This document shows, in pieces, positions 1 through 14,428 of a DNA stretch of 64,000 nucleotides (its first letter is position 1; each line of letters opens with the position of its first letter). The notes under the pieces were generated by a model. It was not told the DNA's origin, made no database searches, and saw only the letters and a list, made by a program, of their open reading frames with translations. This DNA comes from Lama guanicoe (taxonomy: Eukaryota). The stretch covers positions 4,248,071 through 4,312,070 of the forward strand of contig MU053810.1 in the NCBI GenBank assembly GCA_013239625.1, given 5' to 3'. The position numbers and the translations under genes are program-made.

Positions 1-1040
1 AAAAAAAAAAAAACCTCTCAAGCATCTGGGTGGGTTTTTTCCTTTGGTATTCACATTTCATATTCCATTACTTTCCTCTGTCATCTCTTCTAGGAATAGT
101 GATTTTTTTTTGCTAACCTAGTTGAATCTTCTTAGGTTCAAACCAACTGTCTTTACTCTTTTGAATGAGTTTAATTTGCGCTGTTACTTTTTCTTTTTGC
201 CGACTCTTTGAAGATTGCAATCAACTCCTTTTTGGCCTACACTGTACATTTTCAAGTTACTGATTCACTTGCTATGTGGTATATAAATGAAGCTTACAAA
301 TGCAATTTCTTTGGTTCTTTGGGTTTTTTTCTTTTTTCTTTCTTTTTCCCCCTTCAGCTCTCTGATGTCCCAGCAGTTCTAACCCTGCATTCACAGTATC
401 TTGGCCCATTTGTGGCTAGGATTTGTTTGAGCACAGTGAACTATATTTCCTTGCTCTAATGAAGCACACTAAATATAACTGCTGTCTCCCCAGCAGGGTA
501 GCCCTTTCTAAAGAGGGCAGAGCAAATGTTCTCTGAGAGCAGAGAGCTCTCTTAATGAACTCTAAGGGACTGTCTGCATGGGAAGGCCACATCGGTGTGA
601 AACCCAGCAGCTCACTTCCACTGGGTCAGCTGCTCCTGTCTTGCACGGAGCCCTTCTGGCCTTCTGAATGCACACGTTCACTCTCTTGTTTACGTTTTGG
701 TTAGTTTAGTGCATCGGTGACCTGGATAACACAGTCAGCTGTGCTTTCAACACTCATTTTGTACTTTCTGAAATGGAGGAGTCACAGATTTGAAGAGTCC
801 ACAGCCTGGATGAAGGTCACAAAATATTACTATTAGAGATGGAAACTGAATGTAGAGTCCACCTCTAAATGAAGTTTCTTCAAATAGAGATGTGCTGTTA
901 CCTGGAATGTTGGGGAATGAAACCTGGGCCATTATTACTCTGGCACAGGGTAGGGGAGTGAATTAGGGGTGTGATTGCAGGAGAAGTCTGGGAGCCAGAA
1001 TCCCACCTGCATGTGGAGTTTTTAATAGCCAGATAAGGAG

Positions 1041-1182
1041 GGATGGGGAGGGTATAGCTCAAGTGGTAGAGCACATGGTTAGTATGCACAAAGTCTTGGG
1101 TTCAATCCCCAGTACCTCCTCTAAAAATAAATAAACCTAATTACCTCCCTCCCCCAACTTAAAAAAAAAGGAAAAAAAAAAC
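1041..1182 (+). mobile_element. tRNA-derived SINE, camelid Vic-1-like
   Basis: GGGGAGGGTATAGCTCAAGTGGTAGAGC (A box), GGTTCAATCCC (B box), AAACCTAATTACCTCCC and an A tail; TSD tagcca(g/t)ataaggag at 1026-1040 and 1186-1200. Confidence 0.9.
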
Positions 1183-1269
1183 AATTAGCCATATAAGGAG
1201 ATTGACATTATCCTTCAAGTAAATGGGTGCCCATTAAAGGCAAGGTGATCATATTTGTGTGTAGAAATA

Positions 1270-4200
1270 TTGGATGAAGATGACTGAGTTGGTGTGAAAC
1301 AGCCCTGGCCTTTTGCTTCAACACACAGGAATGTCAAAATAATAGAAAAAGGCAAATACCTAGGCCAGGTTCGAAACAGAGAAGTGGAACTCCCTAGCTG
1401 TCAGCAATGAAGAGGAACTCAAAGCCAGATCAGTGAGCAGGAGCTGAATCTTAAATGGACCATGAAAGAAAGCTAGAAAGATGTAGACCTTAACTGCTGG
1501 CAACTGAAGTTTTAAGTCCCATGGAGAGGGAGTTCAGGCCACAGTCTCAGATCTGAGCTACATGCACCAAACCAGGGGTCCTAAAGAGCTGCTTGGCTCA
1601 TTAACCAAAGGCCTGAGAAAACTGTGCACCGGCTCAGGGAGTTGGTGACCAAGCACACTAGGCCTCTGGGGCAATGGGGGAAAACATCACCAAAGAGAAA
1701 TGAGAACTCCAGGCCATTGTCACTGCAGATTTACACTGTCTGTGTGGTAGAGGATCTAGTATTGAGAGATTAACGTGAAAAACCATTCTGGCACAGGAGG
1801 AAGAGGTAGACCTCTGGCAGAAGCATATGCGACCATCACATGGATATTCTTCCCAATAAAAGTAATGGGAAAACAGTTCCCGCTGAAAACGAGCTTGCAC
1901 TCAAAAAGTGCACACCATGCGGGTAACGAAGTACCACGGAGAGAATTAGAAGACCCACCAAGTGGGAGGATGTAGGTGCCAGGAACTAGAAATGACATAA
2001 TAAACCAGAAACATCAACATAGGTATGTTGAGAAGGTTCAAAGAACTAAAGAAAAGAAGAAAAACCATAGGGCAAGTACAGAACTCTGTAAAAGTAGGTA
2101 TATTTGAAAATAACCAGTAGACTTTCTAAAATGAGAACTGTAGTCATTTAAATAAAATGGTAAGTGGGTGGCATAATAGACACAGAGATGTGGTGAATTG
2201 GAAATACTGGAAGTAATCTGAGGAAATCATGGAGAATTCAGTGCAGAAAGATAGAGGTGGAAAATATATGAGAGGTTAAGAAGTGGCGGCCACATTGAAA
2301 AAGATCAACACACATCTAATATAGGTTCCAGGAGGAGGGAAAATAATGAGAAAGAAGGAATATTCAAAATGATAGTGGTGAGACTATTCCAGAGTTAAAG
2401 TGAAGGAGCATACTGTGTCTAGAATACAATTGGTAGGTAATAAAAAATATATAAACCTGTGAAAAGGCAGAATATGAACAGCATAAAGAAAATTTTATAA
2501 CTTTATACAGAGAAAAACAAACATGTAACAAGGAGGGACAGAACAACAGTACACTTTGCTTCTGCAGTAAGACAAGTCATACGACAATGAAGTAATATCT
2601 TCAAAGTGCAGAAGAAGACTAATTGGCAGTTTAGAATAATCTACTCAAATAAATTCTTACTTAATAGTGAGGATAAAGTAGAGATAATTTCTGATTTACA
2701 AAGAAAAGAGCATTTACTATTCTGACTCCACAGTTGAAAATTGTCCTACAGAAAGAAGGGAATTAAAGCCAAAATGATGCATGAGGAATTTTGTAAACTG
2801 GTATGTAAGTAAAGTAGTATTCAAACATAGTACCATGGAAATTTAACAGAAAGGTGAACATTACACAGTAATAACATAAGATGTGGGTGTTGGGGCCATA
2901 GAATCAAATCCTTGTGTTACTTGGAAGGAGATTAGAAACATTGATTAAATCTAGACTTACTTAAATTAAAATTACATGTGAAAACTTTAAGTATAAATAT
3001 TACAAGAAGTAGAATGCATAAAGTTTGGGAACCAAAAGATTATAGCAAAAATAAAAGGGATAAAGAAAATGATTATTTATCATTTAAGCAATTTAAGGAA
3101 AAGAAATCAAAGAAAAGCAAGATAAATTCAAAACAAAATAAGATGGCACAGTAAGTCTAAATGTGTAAGCAACCAATCACATTAACTGTAAATGCTGTAA
3201 ACATACCTTGTAAAAGATAAGACCTTTCACAGATAAGCTATAAATTAGTAGAAATTTCAAAGATCACTAAATTGAAGTTCAACATACCAACACTAACTAT
3301 ATTATATAATATATAATGGCAACAATTAAAAACACATCTTAAAAAATAATGCAGACCATGGCTGCTGGAAAGATGGCTGAGTGTAAGAAGCACTGGGAAT
3401 CGGTCTCTCCGCCTAGACAGTAATCACACTGGCAGGATCTGTCTGGTGTAACCATTTTGGAACTCCAGAGACTACTGAGGATTTGCATCTTCCAGGGGAA
3501 GGCTTGGATGATAAATAGTGGTTAATTCTGAAGCTATTAAACATTGCTTAGAAAAGTTAAAGAAAAACTGAATAAAATGATAGGATATTCCAAATTTATG
3601 GATTTGAAGACTCAGTATTGTACAGAAGTGAAATCTTCCCAAACTGATCTATGGAGTCATTGAAATACCAAGTAATAATTCTAGAAAGTATTGTCTATGG
3701 AAATTCTGATGAACTGATTTCCAAAGTTATATAAAAGTGCAAATGGAAAAGGATATATAAGAAAATATTGAAGAACAAAGTTGGAGGACTAATAATACTA
3801 GATGTTAAGACTTTATAAAGTTACAATAAGTAAAAGAGTTCGGTGTTGGTGCCAAGGGTAGACAAATGGTACAGAATAGAGAGTTCAGAAATGGAGTCTA
3901 CATATCCAGTCACCTGATTTTACAACAAATGTAGTATAGAAACGATGCACCTGTCTTTATGCAAAAATGCACATTGACCCCTACTCATACTGTGTACCCA
4001 AATGAATTTTAATTAATCATAGGTCTACATGGTACAACAATAAAGTTTCTTGAAGATAACCTGGGAAAACATCTTGATGAGACAGACAAAAAGTTTTAAA
4101 ATACAATATAGAAAAAAAAACTATAAGAAAAGACAGATTAGATTTCATTAAAATTAAGAACTCCTGTTCACTCTAACCATTAAGAAACTAAACAGGCCAG

Positions 4201-5100
4201 AAATAGCGTGGGAGAAGATGCTTGTACTGCAAATATTTCTTAAATGTCCACTATCTGTAATATATAAAGAACTTCTGTAAATCAATATGAACAGGAAAAA
4301 CAATCCAATAATTTCTGGGCAAAAGACTACAAGCATTTTTACCAAAGAAGATCAACATGGCCAATAAGTACATAAAAATGTGTTCAACATGACTCATCAG
4401 GGAAATGAAGCTATCAGATATCCCCCATAATGGATTTTAAGAAGGGAAAGGGCAGTACTAAGTATTGGTCATGTTGAGGAGCAACCAGAACTTGTGTTTA
4501 CTACTGATGAGAGTGTAAAGGCAGAAACTATTGGAGGGTCTGCTAATGCTGAGCATGGACAGACTTAAGGACACACCTGTTCCATTCTAGGTATATGCTC
4601 AATAAAAATACATACACATATGTGTTCCAAGGCATATATAAAAGTATTTATGGCAGGATTATTCATTATAGTTCCAACTGGAGACAGCCCAAATATCCAT
4701 TATATGCTCTGTACATACACTGGACTACTATGCAGCAGTGAAAAATAATGGCTGACTACTAAATGCAACAACATGGATGAACCCTGTAGGCGTAATGCTG
4801 AGTACAAGAAGTCAGATACAAAAGAGAACTCACACATGCTATTTATTTATTTATTTATTTAGTTCCATTCAGATAGCATTCAAAATAGGCAAAATTAATC
4901 TCTGGTGATAGAGGTGAAATAGTGGTGAAGGAGGATAAAGACTGGGAGGGGGCAGGTTCAAAGGAGGTTCTCGCAATGCCCTATATCTTGATCTAGGGAG
5001 TGGTGACAAGTTTGTTCAGTTTGTAGATATTCATCAAGACATTCTATTAAGTGTCATTTATTGTATTTATCTTTTACCTCAGTGATAAAGTTAGCAAGCA
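1270..5100 (+). mobile_element. Ancient, decayed, internally deleted L1 (L1M/L1ME-type): 5' region, ORF1, ORF2 and 3'UTR remnants
   Basis: A-rich strand with L1 ORF1-like (1950-2760) and ORF2/3'UTR-like motifs such as GAAGACTCAGTATTGT and GCAACAACATGGATGAACC; no open frames. Confidence 0.7.
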
Positions 5101-5409
5101 AACAAATAAATATAAAAACACAAAACAATACTATATATTGTTTATGGATATATGTAGTATATATAAATATTTATATATGTGTGTATCCTAGACATAGGTT
5201 TGTATGTGTGTGATGAAATTATATCTACTGGAATTATACACTCAAATTCATAAAACTGTCTTTGGGGCAGGAGAGAAGGGATTAGAATTGAGAGGAAAAG
5301 AAAGGTGAATTCAGTTCTATCTGAAATGCTCCGTTTCTTCTTAGAAAAAAATTATATTTATAGCAAAAGCTAACATTGTGTTTAGATGTGTTAATTCTTT
5401 GTTTTTTGT

Positions 5410-5566
5410 TCTTTTAATATTTTAATTTATCACTGTATTACTTATTTTATTTTGATGGGGAGGAGGTATTTAGGCTTATTCATTTTTAGAGGAGGTGCTG
5501 GGGATTGAACCCAGGAGCTCCTACACACTGAGCACGTGCTCTAACACTGAGCTATACCCTCCCCCC
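5410..5566 (-). mobile_element. Vic-1-like SINE
   Basis: Reverse complement of the same SINE: GGGGATTGAACCCAGG...CACTGAGCTATACCCTCCCC. Confidence 0.88.
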
Positions 5567-5619
5567 TGGTTTTTGTTATACGAGTTTCTGTCAGTGTGTT
5601 TTAAACTTTTAAAATGATA

Positions 5620-6365
5620 CAGTTAAAGTGGGAGGAGAGTTCATCTGAATGGTAACATGAGGATGAGAATTGGAGAGGGGAAGACTGGAATTAGAGGCAT
5701 GGTTTAGGAAATTGTCCTATTCTTGGTGAAAGATGGTGAAGGCATGAACCAGGGCAATAGTAGAAGGAGACAGTGGAAGACCAGCCCACAGACATTTAAG
5801 AGGCAGTATTGTAAGACCTTGGTGATGCTGAGGTTGGGAGACAAGGCAATGAGCAGACTCACAGGAGATTCTGAGGTTTCTAGACCAGCTTTCTGAGAGG
5901 ATGCCATGCCGTGCATTGTCCGGTAAGTGGAAACAGAAAGAGTATACATTTGGTATAGCTAGAAGAGGGCAGGAATGGAGGATTAAAATATCTAAAATTT
6001 ATGCTTGAGATGTTAGCTGGACACCTAGGTGGATATTTACATGAGACAACTGGAAATATAGATATGATTTGGTAGAAATCTATATGAAGCAATGAATTTA
6101 TATATGACTGCTTAGAAAAAGGCCTTGGAGAATTGTGAACCCACATTTCCTGTTCTTTGTTGTGTTGTGAGAAAATATATTTATAATTTGGGTAATTAGG
6201 TGTATATACATGGTAACTATTACTTCTGGCATGTATTAGAGTTAGTTCATGTGAACTCCTTGAAGTTCCCATGTGAAATTCATGTAAACTTACTTTATTT
6301 GTGTATCCTCCATTGTACTTGACACAAGCCATAGTAGGAGCTTGGTATAAGTTTGATGGATGAAA
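5620..6365. mobile_element. L2 LINE fragments
   Basis: Purine-rich L2-like tract (TTTATGCTTGAGATGTTAGCTGGACACCTAGGTGGA) and an L2 3'-end-like motif near 6330-6365. Confidence 0.6.
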
Positions 6366-6394
6366 TAATGAGAAGAATTATTCTTGCTCTCTTG

Positions 6395-7490
6395 GTTTTT
6401 AAAAATCAGCTTTATTGGTATCTAATCCACATACTATAGAAGTCACTCATTCAGAGCACACAATTCAGTGGCTTTTAGTATATTCATGGAATTGTGCACC
6501 CATTACCACAGTCAACCTTAGAACTTTGTCATTACTCCAAAGAGAAACCCCGTGCCGGGTAGCTGTCACCCCCTCCAAAAACTGTCCCCTAATCCACCCC
6601 ACAACCTAGCCTTCGTTAACTACTAATCTATTTCCTGTCTTTCTAGATCTGCCTATTCTGATACTCCATACAGCTGGAATCATGCAATATGTGGTTCTTT
6701 ATGACTGATGGCTTTCACTGTCAAGGCTCACCCATGTTGTAGCATGGATCAGTACTTCGTTTCTTTTTACTGCCAAATAATAGTCCATTATATGAATAGA
6801 TCACACTTGATGTATTCATTCATCAGTTCATGGATAACTGGGTTGTTTCCACTTGGACTCTTATGAATAATGCCATCATGAACATTCATGTACAAGTTTT
6901 TGGGCAGACATATGTTTTCATTTCTCCCAGGTATGTACCTAGGAGTGGAATAGCTGGGCTATATGGTAACTTACTGTTTAACTGTTCAAGGAGCTACTGG
7001 ATTGTTTTCCAAAGTAGCTGCATCACTTTACATCCCCACCAGCAGTGCATGCATGAGGGTTCCAGTTTATCTACATTCTCCCCAATACTTACTATTATTT
7101 GACATTTTGACTGTAGCCATCCTGGTCGGTGTGAAATGCTATCTCATTGTAGTTTGAGTTTGCATTTTCTTGATGGCTAATCATGCGAGCATCTTTCCAT
7201 GTGCCTGTTGGGCATTTGTGTATCTTCTCTGGACAACTACTAGATCCTTTGACCATTTTTCAAAATGGGTTATTTGCCTTTTTATTAATGAGCTGTAATA
7301 GCTCTTTATATATTCTAGGTAAAATTCCTTTAGAAGATGGTGGTTTGCAAACTTCTCCCATTCCATTAGTTGACTTTTCACTTTCTTGCATAGCCATCGA
7401 AGCACAAAATATTGATGATGTTTGGTTTATTTTTTTGTTGCTGGTGATATGATGTTATATGGAAGAAACCGTTGCTCAATCCAAGGTCAC
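6395..7490 (-). mobile_element. L1MB-type 3' end and ORF2 fragment
   Basis: CAGCTTTATTG...CAATTCAGTGGCTTTTAGTATATTCA...ACCTAGGAGTGGAATAGCTGGG, typical antisense L1MB. Confidence 0.8.
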
Positions 7491-7619
7491 TCCCTTTTTT
7501 TTTTCAAATTAACTTTTATTTTTGTTTATGTTGTTTTGTTTCATTGTAGCCCTTTTTAAGGCATATATACCTTGTCCAATCCTTTCTTTCACTTTCTCTC
7601 TTAATTATCTATCTTTAAA

Positions 7620-8000
7620 AAAGATCTTCATGTATATAATGGTTTAATCCTGTTTTTCTCACGTAAAATTTTGTAGTGAGTATTTTCCAATATCATTCAA
7701 AATATTTGGAAAAGTTCACATAAAATGGCTGTAAATCCCACTATGTAATTTAAGTACCATACTGTATTTAATCATTTCCATATTCTGGCACACTTATAAA
7801 TTGCTTTCAGTATTGTGGTGTTAACTGTTAAGGGCGAGTGAACTAGCACATACCATGGTCCAAATACCTAATTCTTTCCCTAGAATAGATTTTAGTTAAG
7901 AGGTGGAGTTACTGGGTCAACGGGCATGAGCATCTTTCTAGACTGAATGCAAATTGCTTTTCAGAAAGTTGTGCCAACTCAGGGTCTCCTAGTTGGTGCC
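7620..8000 (-). mobile_element. Old L1ME-type fragment
   Basis: AGAGGTGGAGTTACTGGGTCAACGGGCATG...AAATTGCTTTTCAGAAAG. Confidence 0.55.
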
Positions 8001-9130
8001 TGATTCATTTTGCTCTTATCAGTATGAGTAATACTTTAGAAAATCAAATAGTAACCGTAGGACCCTTCTCTTTGATGCCCTAATCCACTCATTTACTTAA
8101 AACTTGAGACTGTAGCTGCCAATTCCAGTATGATGCAGGTTCCAAGGGGGCCATAAATTCTACCAAAGCTTTCACAGTGTTTCTGTGACTTTTCAGTGAC
8201 ATCACACTTCATTTAAAAAGGCATAAAACAATTACCAGGTCATTAGCAAGCATTTTCTAAAAGAAACTGGGGAAAAAAAACTCTCATAAAGACAACTTCT
8301 GAGGTAGTGTTTTATTTTGGGAAGAGAGGGATGGGACAGGAATTGTGGACACAAATGAATAGTTTAGGGGCAAATATCGAGTTTGGGGGAGAAGTGAGCA
8401 GATCATCCTGCTCACTAGATTTAGGGGATCTCCTTGAGGGCTGGGACTCTGGCTTACTCATTAAAATGAGAGACACTTAGCAGCATACAGTCCAGGCAGG
8501 AAGACCAATATTAGAACCCAGCTGCTACCATTTTCTGGCATTGCAGCCTTGAGTTGGCCTTCTATGTAGAGGAAGACTTGGCATAGCTGGGCACACACTA
8601 GGTTCTCAATTAATGCCAGCTCTTTGCCATTTTTGTTCATCTCCATATCCTCACAAAGGATAGCAAGCACCGGGGACAGCAGATAACAAGTAGTCAATAC
8701 AGTTATTACATGAGTATATGAATAAGTTATGGAAAAAGTGAAAAGAATGTATAGGGAAGAAACCTGCCAGTTTTTCGTATTATCAGCCACTCATAGTCTT
8801 CCATTTCAAAATGAAGCCATCTCATGTTTGAAACTTATCTACTTAAGCTTCCTTGTTGAGATGTTACTCTGAAGTAAACCATTATTTGTAGCCTGTCATG
8901 TTTCTCTTCTTGCAGGGATATGCATTGTGTTTTAGTTATGTTATTTTAAGTCATTTAGCAGATTACCAAAAAAAAAAAAAAGAGAGAGAGAGTGAGAGAG
9001 AGAAGAAAGAAAAAAAATCACTTAGCATCTGATTTTATCAAGAGGCACAGTATGAAGTGTGAAAAATCCAATGTTGTTCTGATCCTCAGCTTTATTGAGA
9101 CTGCAAAAGGGTATAAATTAAGTGACCTTC

Positions 9131-11078
<1,948 letters not shown>

Positions 11079-12624
11079 ATGGCTCTGATAAATTCTCCAG
11101 GCTTAGCAGTTGTCAGAGAAAAACATGTGAGTGAAAATATGAAGATCCTTTCTCCCCAACTGCATCTTTCCAATGAGTGGATGGGATAATGGATTTGAAA
11201 GTGCCTCAAGTTAAGTTTTATAAATCAAAAACACTATCTTTATAATGCAGGGAATACAAGCACAGCAAAAATGTGAAAAAGTTAAAATTGAGCCGAAGTT
11301 TCTTTTTTTTTTTTTTATCATTTCTATGATCTCACAGCCAGAGGGATTGTTAGAGGTTTTATGGTCCAAATTTCTCACTTTCATGCATGAAAAAGAGTGA
11401 AGTGACTTTACAAGATCACATTGTTTAGAACCAAAGACCATTTACTCTGTATAAAAATAAGGGATGATAAAACTTAAAATCTAAAGTATTCATACAAGAC
11501 TGTGTTCTTTATCTTAACAATGCAAGAAAATATAACCTTATGTAGTTCATTTATAATGAGTTGCAGTGTGTTTTAAATGTTACTGTCCTAAGGTGCATTT
11601 AAAAATCTGACATGAGAACTTTCAATTATGAGTGGTTCATTGGAATTGATCAGTTTAGCATTTGGAAAATGTTTTTGCTGCATAAGCAGTGCAGTTTAAA
11701 TCCCCAGTCTCCACGCTTTTTTAAGTTAGCCAAACAGCCTTGTCCTTTAGAGAACTACATGCGAGGAAGGAGCAATCCTCTCTGGAGGTTAACTTAGGTA
11801 GAAATTAATAAAGGTTAATGAAGTCTTTTAGGAGCTTCCTTTTTTCCTGCAGGGTCCTATACTTAAAAGTTAAGCTACTTCCCTTAAGCAAAACTTGAAG
11901 AAAGTTATTTCATGGTAGCCAGCATTCATATTCCTTGGGGCTAGGCAAGTCCTGTGTGCAAGGTATTGAGTGACATTTTGAGTACACAAAAGTAGTCACT
12001 GGGCTGCAGAAAGTTTTTTGTTTTTTGTTTTTGTTTTTGCAAATGTTGCTTTGATTCTTAGGACGTGCGCTTTCCCATTTTCACTTTTGGGGGATATTGT
12101 ATTTAAAATACAATTCTCCTTTATCTAACTCTGGGGGAGTGAGAAATCTAAACTGCTTTAGAGATAAAACACTACATTTTACATTATGACTTGAAGGGCA
12201 AATGGACAAGTGCTTGGAGGTTAAAGCTTGCTGTATAATTTATCACTCATGAGAGAGACCTGGGCAGGAGGGGAGCACCAGAAATTGTCCACAGAACACT
12301 GTTCTTTTTGTGACTGAGTGGGGCACACACAGATTCTGGACAAGAAGCCAAGGCAACAGAGGGAAACAGAAAAATAGATGACTCTGGTCTTCTCAGGCTG
12401 CAGCACACAATGTTGTCCCTACTGCTTTGAACTTGAAATTACAGTGAGCCCTGCAGAATATGTGTTGCAGAAGCACTTGACAAAATCAGATAATTCTGCC
12501 TACTTGGGAAGCAAGAGGATTCCTTCCCCCTTGCAAAAAGACAAAGTCCTAGTTCTTCTAAGAGCAGTGACAATTACATAACACTCATTTTAAATGATTG
12601 GAAATCATTTTAATTGGTACTTAC

Positions 12625-12890
12625 CTGAGAGGCTCGATCACTTTTCATTTCGCCAACCCTCTGAAAATGAAATGGTGTGCTGCCTCTCGTCGGCAGCTGT
12701 GAGAGGGTGATAAGACTGGATGATGTACACAAACGATTTCTTCTTCAGGAGAATTCATCCAGAAGAATTGTCAAATTATTTTTAAATGGCTGTAGTTCTT
12801 TCTGAAACATGGCGAGAGATGTTTAAAGTTTCACTTGCACGAAACATGGTGGCTTTGCTTTTCGGTCATCCTGTCGCAGAATCGTGGGAT
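12625..12890 (-). other. CpG-retaining unique segment with a consensus splice donor; candidate non-coding exon or regulatory element
   Basis: CAG|GTAAGT on minus at 12627-12619; candidate acceptors at 12661 and 12802; 10 CpGs in about 255 bp. Confidence 0.3.
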
Positions 12891-13471
12891 GTGTTTGGGC
12901 TGGGACAGCTTTAGGGACTGTCTTTTCTAAGGTGCTTCTTTTTTCTAATGAGATAACAGAGATTCAGAGAGGCGAGGTAACTTGTAGGATGTAAAGTGAA
13001 TTTAATGGTAAAAAGAGCCTTCAGAAATCCCAGCAATCACAGTATTATTATAATTAACTGTGAAGAAGGTTGATGGATGTCTGAAATCTCTTCACTGTTG
13101 ACAATAGGACATTGAAGATGGGAGCAGTGGAGAGGAGGAGACAGGCTGTTCAGAGAAGGAGTATTTCACTGGCTTTGGTTACAGTGTTGAACTAGTACTA
13201 GTCTCATTTTGAGATAGCATTTCAGAAGCGTGTTTGGCTCATGGCAATGTAAGTTTTCTACATGTTTTCTGCTTGAAGTATAAGGGCCAGGCTCTCATTT
13301 TGAGCAGCTATCTGGGAAGGGATTAAAGGGGCTGGTGAAGTCCAAAGTGAAAAATCTTTTGCATTTATTTAAAACCTAAATTTTGAGTCACTCGTGTTTT
13401 CCAGACTTCCTCATGGTAGTCCTCCCGCCGTGAGAAATAGGAAGGAAGAATCAGCAATCTTCTTCCTCTTC

Positions 13472-13645
13472 TTTTTTTTTTTTAATTGAAGTATAGCTGA
13501 TTTATAATGTTGTGTTAGTTTCTGGAGTACAACATAGTGATTCAATTATGCATATATATATATGTATGTGTATATTCCTTTTCATATAATTTTTCATTAT
13601 ATGTTACTACAAGATATTGAATATAGTTCCCCATGCTATACAGAA
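13472..13645 (-). mobile_element. Short 5'-truncated artiodactyl-type L1 3' end
   Basis: T-run then AATTGAAGTATAGCTGATTTATAATGTTGTG...ATATAGTTCCCCATGCTATACAG. Confidence 0.8.
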
Positions 13646-13649
13646 GGGT

Positions 13650-13990
13650 CATTTGCAGCCAGGTGGGGTCACATAACTAAGTTCTAATTTAGGTGCTATA
13701 AACAGAACTATTATTTGGGACCTCCAAGAGGGCTTCTAAAAGAGAAGGGCATGCCCTCCTGTGCCCTTTCTCCTTCTTGCTGGAGGAGATGGATGGAGCT
13801 CGAGGAGAACCTTGAACCCAAAAGTAATATGGGAAAGATGTGGCGCAGAAGGGACATGGGCCCATGGCAACCTTGGCTCCCCTGCTGCTGGGTATCTTTA
13901 GGTGACAGAAGAATTAATGTCATTCTCATTTAAGCCACTACTACTTGGGGAATCTCTGGATATATGCAGCCATGTATGATCCTAAACAAG
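13650..13990. mobile_element. Old MaLR (MLT1-type) LTR fragment
   Basis: TTTGCAGCCAGGTGGGGTCACATAACTAAGTTCT...CATTTAAGCCACTACTACTTGGGG. Confidence 0.55.
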
Positions 13991-14279
13991 CTTTAAAATA
14001 TTATGCAAAATGTTTAGCCCATATAGAAAAAAATCATCAGGCAAAAAGTTTTGCCAGTAGACACAAAAATGTGATGTCGTTGTAAAGGGCAGTTTTCCTC
14101 CATAGCTTGAAAGCTTTCACATCATAATATTGAGGTTTTGAACCAGGTTTCCCCTTACGTGCTGGACAGGGGGCCTTGAGAGGAATGCAGGACTGAATCT
14201 GAACTACCTGAGTCACTTACTGGTCTGTGCTCTTGAATAAGCCAGCCCGACCCTGTCGCTCTGTAACATAAAGTCCCGT

Positions 14280-14428
14280 GAGGGAAGGTGCAGCTCAGTG
14301 GTAGAGCACGTGCTTAGCATGCACCAGGTCCTGGATTCAATCCTCAGTATCTCCATTAAAAAAATAATAAACAAACAAACAAACAAACCTAATTAGCCCC
14401 TCCAAAAAAATTTAAAATTAAATAAAAA
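14280..14428 (+). mobile_element. Vic-1-like SINE
   Basis: GGGAAGGTGCAGCTCAGTGGTAGAGCACGTGCTTAGCATGCAC..GGATTCAATCC..(AAAC)n CTAATTAG, A-rich tail. Confidence 0.88.

Noticed and set aside
1045..1118. tRNA gene (A and B boxes), also at 5566, 14282 and 41260
   Set aside because: SINE tail, TSDs and divergence between copies show these are SINE heads, not tRNAs
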